From positions 30,654 through 94,653 of the forward strand of contig JAISLD010000007.1 of the NCBI GenBank assembly GCA_031260665.1: a stretch of 64,000 nucleotides of DNA, read 5' to 3'. Positions 57,779 to 64,000 of this stretch are shown one piece after another (position 1 is the first letter of the stretch; each line of letters opens with the position of its first letter). Origin of the DNA: Oscillospiraceae bacterium. GTDB lineage: Bacteria > Bacillota > Clostridia > Oscillospirales > Ruminococcaceae. Position numbers and translations under genes: made by a program. Under the pieces are notes generated by a model. It made no database searches, had not been told where the DNA came from, and worked only from the letters and a program-made list of their open reading frames with translations.

Positions 57779-58366
57779 TCACTCGTCTGTATAGAGGTAA
57801 TAAATCTTCTCCTCTTTATCCCACAGCGACACACGCTTTTCGGGTGCGCCGCCGATATCTCCCGACTGAAACTTGACGCAAAAAGCATACCTGTCACACT
57901 CGGCGGCGATAAACCAGTCGTGGCTCATCGCGTGGGGAGTGAGGGGCAAGGTGATATCCGCTTCTGTCACACCAAGTGAAAACGCAACCCGTTCAGAAGC
58001 CAGCTGAAGCACGCCGCGCTTTATCGTCGCGCCGTCATTAAAGCTGATACGCACACGGTTTGAACCGTCTTGCTTCTCCAGCGAGAACGCCGCCGCCTTG
58101 TCTATCGCCTCGCGGTTTGCCGCAAGAAGTTCTCTGTCGCGAAACGTGCCGAGTCGCACATCGTTGTCCCGCTTAAACGCTTTCATCGCGGCGGAACAAG
58201 CGTTGCCGATTACCGCGTCAGGGATAACCGCAAGGTTTGCCTGCTTTGCCAGCACCGCGTAAATTGCGGCACGATAGTCGATAATCTCCGCGAATTCTGT
58301 CGGAATCAAGTGGTTGATGAACCGCGCCGCGTTCTCAAACGCAACACTCGCCTCTGTACCTATCAC
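57779..58366 (-). CDS. hypothetical protein (195 aa, soluble)
   Basis: GTG start 8 nt after GGAG. It lies directly downstream of the ylbJ-like gene on the same strand. No motif recognised. Confidence 0.5.
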   Translation of the reverse strand: MIGTEASVAFENAARFINHLIPTEFAEIIDYRAAIYAVLAKQANLAVIPDAVIGNACSAAMKAFKRDNDVRLGTFRDRELLAANREAIDKAAAFSLEKQDGSNRVRISFNDGATIKRGVLQLASERVAFSLGVTEADITLPLTPHAMSHDWFIAAECDRYAFCVKFQSGDIGGAPEKRVSLWDKEEKIYYLYTDE

Positions 58367-58404
58367 GTTGTTACTCCAAACTTACCCATTATACTGAAAT
58401 TATA

Positions 58405-59457
58405 TCACTTATTCGCCTGCTTGTCAATCTTGCTCGGTGAGAAATCCGCGACAAGTATCCCGCACATCAGCACAAGAAACAGCGAAGCCATTATGTTGTG
58501 CGAGCTAAACGACACGGGTTCAACACGGGCAATCGCCGCCACGGTGGGTGAACCGAGGAGTTTCATAAGAAGCAGCGTGTAGACCGCCGACAATGCGGCG
58601 GCGGGTATCCGCATAAGCAGGAAACGCGTCAGCGAGAACTTCCCTTCACACAACGCCGCGACTTGCGCCACGATACAAACACCGCCGAACGACGACACCG
58701 CAGCGGCGACAGGCAGCGACATAGCGGCGTTCTTGATGTTGCTTATTTCCATTAAAGAATATAAAAGCGGGCTGTCAACACCGATGAATCGCGTAAGTTC
58801 GATGAACGAATTAAACGCCAATATCATAAAGCAAACAGGAAACAAAGCGTACCCCGCGGACGTAACCGACGAAGCGAAAACTCTTATACTTATATCATAC
58901 TTGTCTTTATGCTTTGGCTTTGTTTCTTGCTCAGACTCTTTATAGAACAGAGCGAGTGTAAAGCAAGCGGCGACATTCGCGGCATAGGCGTAGAGTCCAA
59001 AGCGTGTGTCGCCGAATAACGAAGCGCCGATTATCCCCGACAAAAACAGCGGACCGCCGCAATAGCAAAAGCCGAGCATCTTCTCGCTTGTTTTCTTCGG
59101 ATAATCCCGTTCCGATAAGAGCTTTACCCCCACGGGATACCCACCGACGACACTGAGCAGAAACACAGCTATCTGCTCGTCCGACATTTTGAGCATTGGT
59201 CGAAGCAGAAAGCAAAACGGCTTCAGCACTATGCGATACGCGCCGCTGTTCAGCAAGAACGTGGAGATAAACATAAACCCAAACAGCGACGGCACTATCG
59301 TGTCAAGACAGACGTAAGCGGCGTTCTTGACCGAGGTGATGACGCCGCTGCCGTCAATCACGGTAAGCACGGCAAGCGAGGCGCAGACGACAGAGATGAG
59401 GATATTTTTTATCATATCCAAGTATATTGCAGGGAACGGCAAAACTTGCTGATACAT
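58405..59457 (-). CDS. ylbJ: sporulation integral membrane protein YlbJ-like (nucleoside-recognition/Gate domains)
   Basis: 350 aa, ~10 TM helices, and a duplicated Gate-like architecture related to SpmA/SpmB. Confidence 0.6.
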   Translation of the reverse strand: MYQQVLPFPAIYLDMIKNILISVVCASLAVLTVIDGSGVITSVKNAAYVCLDTIVPSLFGFMFISTFLLNSGAYRIVLKPFCFLLRPMLKMSDEQIAVFLLSVVGGYPVGVKLLSERDYPKKTSEKMLGFCYCGGPLFLSGIIGASLFGDTRFGLYAYAANVAACFTLALFYKESEQETKPKHKDKYDISIRVFASSVTSAGYALFPVCFMILAFNSFIELTRFIGVDSPLLYSLMEISNIKNAAMSLPVAAAVSSFGGVCIVAQVAALCEGKFSLTRFLLMRIPAAALSAVYTLLLMKLLGSPTVAAIARVEPVSFSSHNIMASLFLVLMCGILVADFSPSKIDKQANK

Positions 59458-59718
59458 TTTAGTAATCGCCGATTATTTAGTGTTATAGTCAATTAACTTA
59501 AGAAATAGCAAGCTATTTCTTCGGGCGGCAAGCCGCCCATGCGCCGCTTCGCCCGGCGGTTCGCTACGCTCACAACTTAAAAACTTTTCAAGTTTTTAAG
59601 TTAAACGACTATATCTCGCTCATCGGCAAAGCAAAGTTTGCTTTGTTGTCACTATGACGTTTTATCGCATATTATGTCATACCGCCAAGCGGAATATCAA
59701 AACAAAGGAGTGTAAACT

Positions 59719-59880
59719 ATGAGTTGCCTGTTCCCGTTTCTGGCAGGAGCGCTAAGCAGCAGATGCAACACGAGTTGTTCCAATTCGTGCACACCAAGTT
59801 GCCCAACACCGTGTCCCACACCGTGCCCGACTCCCTGCCCCGACCCCTGCGCTACTTCCCAGTGCGGCACAAGATGCTAA
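59719..59880 (+). CDS. putative 53-aa cysteine-rich peptide with a (C-x3)n repeat (not in the ORF track)
   Basis: ATG 8 nt after AAAGGAG. Sequence MSCLFPFLAGALSSRCNTSCSNSCTPSCPTPCPTPCPTPCPDPCATSQCGTRC, with 11 Cys of which 8 are consecutive at period 4. Stop TAA at 59878-59880. Confidence 0.55.
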   Translation: MSCLFPFLAGALSSRCNTSCSNSCTPSCPTPCPTPCPTPCPDPCATSQCGTRC

Positions 59881-60275
59881 GGTTCGTGCCGAACGCGCAA
59901 TAAGCTAACGCGATAACTTTCGAGTGTCGTTAAGCTTATCTGTGCCAAATCCCCGGCAAAAGCAGACCGCCCCAATCGGGGCGGTTTCGCTGTTCGTGCC
60001 GAACGCGCAATAAGCTAACGCGACACGTTGCTATTTATATTCAATATCAACAACTTCGGGCACCAACCCGAAGGACAAGGGCGACCGGAAAGCCCTTGCC
60101 GCTCCCGCAGGAGCGGGTCTGTGCCGAACGCGCAATAAGCTAATGCGACACGTTGCTATTTATATTCAATATCAACAACTTCGGGCACCAACCCGAAGGT
60201 CAAGGGCGACCGGAAAGCCCTTGCCGCTCCCGCAGGAGCGGGTTCGTGCCGAACGCGCAATAAGCTAATGCAAAA
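59881..60275 (+). repeat. repeat array: four copies of module 1, two of them within a 125-bp tandem unit that also contains module 3
   Basis: GTGCCGAACGCGCAATAAGCTAA starts at 59886, 59996, 60121 and 60246 (spacings 110, 125 and 125 bp). The 125-bp unit includes ATATCAACAACTTCGGGCACCAACCCGAAGG.CAAGGGCGACCGGAAAGCCCTTGCCGCTCCCGCAGGAGCGGG. Confidence 0.9.
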
Positions 60276-60283
60276 AGTATCTG

Positions 60284-62029
60284 TTATAGATTCAGCTCTT
60301 TCCTTGCGCTTTCAGGCACATCAGCGGGGCAACCGCTCATTGGTTCGCTTGCGTCTTTCACTTTCGGGAACGCGATGACGTCTCGCAGGCTGTCAGCACC
60401 GCAAAGCACCATTGCAAGACGGTCAAGCCCGATACCGGCGCCACCGTGAGGAGGCGCGGCATAACGATACGCCTCAACCAAGAAGCCAAACTTCGCGGCA
60501 ATCTCCTCGTCAGAAAGCCCAAGCAAGCCGAACATTCTCTTTTGAAGCACAGGGTCGTTGATACGTATAGAACCGGAGCATAGCTCCGTGCCGTTAAGCA
60601 CAAGGTCATACGCTTTAGCGAACACTTTGTCGGGCGCCGTGTCAAGAAACGCTATGCTGTCGTCATTCGGCATAGTGAACGGGTGGTGCGCCGCTTCCCA
60701 CGTCTTGGCGTCCTCGTTATATTCAAAGAACGGCATATCCGTGACCCACACAAAGTTAAACAGCCCGTCGGGGATAACACCGAGTTGCTTTGCCAAGTTT
60801 AGCCGAAGTGCGCCAAGCACCGACAAGGTCAGCGGCTTCTTGTCCGCCATAATAAACGCCGTGTCGCCGCGTTTAAGCTGAAGTGACGACACCAGCGAGT
60901 CAAGCTCACCGTCTTTCAAGAACTTGCCGAACGAGCAGGTCGGCGTTTCGTCAGCCCATCGAATGTAGGCAAGCCCTTTTGCGCCTATTCCCTTTGCAAA
61001 ATCGATGTGCTTGTCTATTTCTTTTCGCGTGAGTGTCGCCGCCGAGTTTTCCGCAACGACCGCACGCACCGTGCCGCCACTCTCAATCGCTCCGCTAAAC
61101 ACGGGGAACTCTATGTCTTTCACCGTGTCGTCAAGTGAGGTGATAAGCATAGCAAAGCGAGTGTCGGGCTTGTCGCTGCCGTATTTGTTCTGCGCCTCGG
61201 TGAACGTCAGTCTATGGAGAGGAGCGGTTATGTCAAGGCCTTTCACGTCTTTCATCACTTTTGCGACGAAACCCTCGAGAGTTTCAAGGATATCGTCAAC
61301 GTCAACGTAAGCCATCTCAAGGTCAATCTGCGTGAACTCGGGCTGCCTGTCGGCGCGCAAGTCCTCGTCACGGAAGCACCGCGCAAGCTGAATGTACTTA
61401 TCAAAGCCCGCAATCATCAGCAACTGCTTGTATATCTGCGGCGACTGCGGCAGCGCGTAGAACTTGCCTTTATGAACCCGTGACGGCACCAGATAATCGC
61501 GCGCACCCTCGGGTGTCGACTTCATAAGGTCGGGGGTTTCTATCTCAATGAATCCGTTGTCGTAGAAATACTCGCGTGCCGACTTTGCAATCTTGTGCCT
61601 TGTCAGCAGGTTGTTGTGCAGCTTTTCTTTTCGCAAGTCGAGATAGCGGAACTTCAGCCGCAACTCCTCGCCTACTTTCATATCGTTTATTTCAAACGGC
61701 AGAGTTTCCGCTTTCGAGAGAATCTGCAAACTTGTGACAAGTATCTCGATGTTTCCTGTCGGGATATCGGGGTTCTTCGCGGTGCGTTCGCGCACCTGCC
61801 CGCTCACAAGCAGCACGCTTTCTGTTTTGACTTCTTTTGCCGTTTCAAACACCGACTTCTCTGTCACGCTGTCGTCAAAAACAAGCTGCACTATCCCCGT
61901 GCCGTCGCGCAGGTCAATGAATATCAGCCCGCCTTTATCACGAATTTTCGCGGCAAAGCCACCGACTGTCACGGTGTCGCCTTGTTCTTTTATCTCACCG
62001 CAATAAGCGGTGCGTCTGTATTTGCTCAT
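60284..62029 (-). CDS. aspS: aspartate--tRNA ligase
   Basis: Class II motifs FRDEDLRADRQPEFTQID and GGAGIGLDRL, an N-terminal OB fold, and the bacterial insertion domain. 581 aa. Confidence 0.97.
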   Translation of the reverse strand: MSKYRRTAYCGEIKEQGDTVTVGGFAAKIRDKGGLIFIDLRDGTGIVQLVFDDSVTEKSVFETAKEVKTESVLLVSGQVRERTAKNPDIPTGNIEILVTSLQILSKAETLPFEINDMKVGEELRLKFRYLDLRKEKLHNNLLTRHKIAKSAREYFYDNGFIEIETPDLMKSTPEGARDYLVPSRVHKGKFYALPQSPQIYKQLLMIAGFDKYIQLARCFRDEDLRADRQPEFTQIDLEMAYVDVDDILETLEGFVAKVMKDVKGLDITAPLHRLTFTEAQNKYGSDKPDTRFAMLITSLDDTVKDIEFPVFSGAIESGGTVRAVVAENSAATLTRKEIDKHIDFAKGIGAKGLAYIRWADETPTCSFGKFLKDGELDSLVSSLQLKRGDTAFIMADKKPLTLSVLGALRLNLAKQLGVIPDGLFNFVWVTDMPFFEYNEDAKTWEAAHHPFTMPNDDSIAFLDTAPDKVFAKAYDLVLNGTELCSGSIRINDPVLQKRMFGLLGLSDEEIAAKFGFLVEAYRYAAPPHGGAGIGLDRLAMVLCGADSLRDVIAFPKVKDASEPMSGCPADVPESARKELNL

Positions 62030-62039
62030 AGTAGACTTC

Positions 62040-63302
62040 CTATATAATTATACTTTTAGTTATATCACTTGCCGTTAGCGTCACGTCCATTGTCGTGCCA
62101 TCGCTCATTCGCTTCAGCTTTGCTTTTCCGCTTTCAATCTCGTTTGAACCGACGACAAGTGTGTGAAGCGAGCGTATCTTGTCGGCGTGTTTCATCTGTG
62201 CCTTGAGGGAGCGACCGCTGATGTCACACTCGGCGATTATGCCAAGCCGGCGTATCTCATTGGTTAACTTTGCTGCAACAATTGCCGCTTCGCTGTCTGT
62301 GCTGACGAGATAGACGCTCGGTCGATACGGCTCGCCCGGTGGCGTGCCTTTGCGCTCAAGTTCGGCAAGCAGGCGTTCTATCCCCATACCAAAGCCCACG
62401 CCCCCCGTTGGTTCGCCGCCTATCTGTTCAACCAATCCGTTGTATCGGCCGCCGCCGCAGAGTGTCGCGCCGCCGCCGATTGGAATAAACTCGAACACCG
62501 TGTTCGTGTAGTAATCCAGCCCGCGGACAATGCGAAGATTGATTTTATAGTCAATCCCGAACGCCGTGAGCAGGGTTTTCACGCCGTCAAAGTGGGTTTG
62601 GCAGTCGTCGCAAAGGCAGTCAAGCATAACAGGCGCGTTCTCACCGAGCCGCTTGCATTCGTCAACCTTGCAGTCAAGCAACCTCATCGGGTTGCGGTGC
62701 AGTCTGTCGCGGCAGACACCGCACAGCTTGTCGACAAGCGGCGTGTAATACTTGATGAGTGTCTTGAGATAACTCTCGCGGCATTTGGGGCAGCCGATAG
62801 AGTTGATGAACAGCTCGGCGTCGTCAATTCCGGCCTTTTGAAGCACAGTCTTAGCGAGAAGAATCACCTCGGCATCGGCATTCGGCGCGTATGTGCCAAA
62901 GACTTCCGCGCCAAACTGGTGGTGCTCACGAAGCCTGCCGCTGTCGGGTGCTTCATAGCGGAAGCACGGCGTGAAGTAAAACGCTTTCAGCGGCAACGGA
63001 AACCGACCGCTTAGAAGTCCGTGTTCAAGCACAGCACGAACCACGCCGCTTGTGCCCTCGGGCTTCAGCGTCACGCTTCTGCACTTCTTATCCTCAAACG
63101 TGTACATTTCTTTTTGAACCACGTCGGTTGTGCCGCCCACTCCACGCAGAAAAAGCCCCGTATGTTCAAATGACGGAGTACGTATTTCATTGAAGCCGAA
63201 CACTTTTGCCGTGTCTTTCGCGATGTTTTCAGCCGCGTGCCAACGGTAAGATTCGCTTGGCAGAACATCTGCTGTGCCTTTTGGCGCGTTTGTAATTATC
63301 AT
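62040..63302 (-). CDS. hisS: histidine--tRNA ligase
   Basis: Motifs FRYEAPDSGRLREHHQFG, GGGRYNGL and GFGMGIERL. Upstream of aspS, the conserved hisS-aspS pair. Confidence 0.95.
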   Translation of the reverse strand: MIITNAPKGTADVLPSESYRWHAAENIAKDTAKVFGFNEIRTPSFEHTGLFLRGVGGTTDVVQKEMYTFEDKKCRSVTLKPEGTSGVVRAVLEHGLLSGRFPLPLKAFYFTPCFRYEAPDSGRLREHHQFGAEVFGTYAPNADAEVILLAKTVLQKAGIDDAELFINSIGCPKCRESYLKTLIKYYTPLVDKLCGVCRDRLHRNPMRLLDCKVDECKRLGENAPVMLDCLCDDCQTHFDGVKTLLTAFGIDYKINLRIVRGLDYYTNTVFEFIPIGGGATLCGGGRYNGLVEQIGGEPTGGVGFGMGIERLLAELERKGTPPGEPYRPSVYLVSTDSEAAIVAAKLTNEIRRLGIIAECDISGRSLKAQMKHADKIRSLHTLVVGSNEIESGKAKLKRMSDGTTMDVTLTASDITKSIII

Positions 63303-63316
63303 ATAATGTCAGTTGT

Positions 63317-63706
63317 TTAGTTGTTTATCCAGTCGAGGTCGCCGCGTTCAATCGCGTGGATAAGCGCCTCGCCTGTACCGATGTTCGTTGCGACGGGAAT
63401 GTTGTGCATATCGCAGACACGAAGTATCGCGATGTCGCTTGGCTCGCTTGACTTTGCGGTTATGGGGTCGCGGAAAAAGAACAGCACGTCGATTTCGCCG
63501 CAAGATATGCTCGACTGTAACTGCTGCCCACCGCCTAAAGACCCATTAAGGAACCGATTGACCATTAACCCCGTGGCTTCGCCCACAAGTTTGCCTGTCA
63601 TTCCTGTTGCGCGAAGTTTATGTTTTGCCAAGATTCCGCTGTACGCAATGCAAAACTGAACCATCAGTTCTTTTTTCTTGTCGTGCGCGATAAGTGCTAT
63701 ATTCAC
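63317..63706 (-). CDS. methylglyoxal synthase-like (MGS fold) protein with non-canonical active-site residues
   Basis: IALIAHDKKK, ATGMTG, DVLFFFRDP and IPVATN are conserved. However, GGDQQ is GGGQQ here, and PHEPD/PHDPD is SSEPSD. Confidence 0.7.
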   Translation of the reverse strand: MNIALIAHDKKKELMVQFCIAYSGILAKHKLRATGMTGKLVGEATGLMVNRFLNGSLGGGQQLQSSISCGEIDVLFFFRDPITAKSSEPSDIAILRVCDMHNIPVATNIGTGEALIHAIERGDLDWINN

Positions 63707-63723
63707 AGCAACTCCGTTCTGCC

Positions 63724-63805
63724 GACCCGTGCAGGGCGGGCAATAACTCTAATGCGACCCGTGCCGGGTAAGCAAGCCCCTTGCAGGGACGGGCAATAAA
63801 ATAAT
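63724..63805 (+). repeat. three diverged module 1 copies
   Basis: CCC-GTGCA-GGG followed by CGGGCAATAACTCTAATG; ACCCG-TGC-CGGGT followed by AAGCAAGC; CCCT-TGC-AGGG followed by ACGGGCAATAAAATAATGC. Confidence 0.7.
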
Positions 63806-63877
63806 GCAAAACCAAGCGGGGCGGCGCCCACCCATGGGGTGCCTGTGTGTTTAAGCAAGCGTTAATGTTACGTGACA

Positions 63878-64000
63878 CTATTATACCATATCCGCAGATA
63901 TGGTATAAGTGCGCATCAGAGGGCGGTTGCCCCGTAGGGGCGAGCCCGTGCGCAAAATATATCTGATTGCGTGTGTCTATTATACCATATCCGCAGATAT
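63878..64000. repeat. direct repeat (period 99 bp) of a palindromic, promoter-like sequence, truncated by the window edge
   Basis: CTATTATACCATATCCGCAGATAT occurs at 63878-63901 and 63977-64000. The first copy completes a 12-bp palindrome, TTATACCATATC-CGCA-GATATGGTATAA, which reads TGGTATAAT on the minus strand. Confidence 0.8.

Noticed and set aside
59719-59880. Cys-rich peptide as a SCIFF/ranthipeptide-type RiPP precursor.
   Set aside because: No radical-SAM maturase, protease or transporter gene is adjacent; the neighbours are ylbJ and aspS. The sequence lacks the SCIFF GGCGECQTSC-type core. It is kept as a finding but not called a RiPP.
63303-63880. T-box leader expected upstream of hisS/aspS.
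   Set aside because: Only 14 nt separate the MGS-like gene from hisS. In the region upstream of the MGS-like gene, the closest match to the T-box sequence is GGGTGGGCGCCGCC (minus strand), against the consensus GGGTGGTACCGCG. The match is out of register, and I could not find a specifier loop or an AGAGA/GNUGGNA context.

Overview
The window looks like a chromosomal segment of a spore-forming Firmicute, probably Clostridia-like, since spmA/spmB, yabP/yabQ and ylbJ are all present. GC is roughly 50-55% by eye; I did not compute it. About 60 ORFs look real, and most are core housekeeping genes in familiar blocks: larE, a hybrid sensor kinase, a P-type Ca-ATPase, ybeY-era-recO, mutS2, ligA, rsmI, pyrE, tRNA-Pro(CGG), rpsT, an ACT/UPF0210 pair, a hydrogenase-like sensor with a DRTGG protein, comM, mtaD-ahcY, a complete atpZ-I-B-E-F-H-A-G-D-C operon, a DUF368 protein, and MGS-like-hisS-aspS. 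I saw no integrase, transposase, CRISPR array, restriction-modification genes or prophage structural block. Most long antisense ORFs in the supplied track are artefacts.

The items most worth a second look:
1. A tightly coupled three-gene operon (37.1-41.3 kb). Two proteins carry baseplate-wedge (gp6/baseplate-J-type) sequence blocks and are translationally coupled to a DnaC/DnaI-type AAA+ loader. No other tail or contractile-injection genes are nearby.
2. A stand-alone 973-aa GHKL (sacsin/MORC-type Bergerat fold) ATPase. It has a perfect consensus promoter and is backed by a triple tandem terminator array.
3. A very dense, mosaic family of structured intergenic repeats that fills nearly every long intergenic gap, including gaps inside operons. 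One module is a 5-bp hairpin with a TGC loop followed by GGCAATAAGCTAAT. It shows compensatory stem changes between copies and sits right after stop codons.
4. An unannotated 53-aa peptide with a (C-x3)n repeat, next to sporulation genes.
5. A 2341-aa cyclic beta-1,2-glucan-synthase-like protein, an MGS-like protein lacking the catalytic Asp and His, and an ATP synthase c-subunit with a Na+-type signature.

Novelty cannot be established from this sequence alone. All homology statements rest on motifs I recognise by eye, not on database searches.
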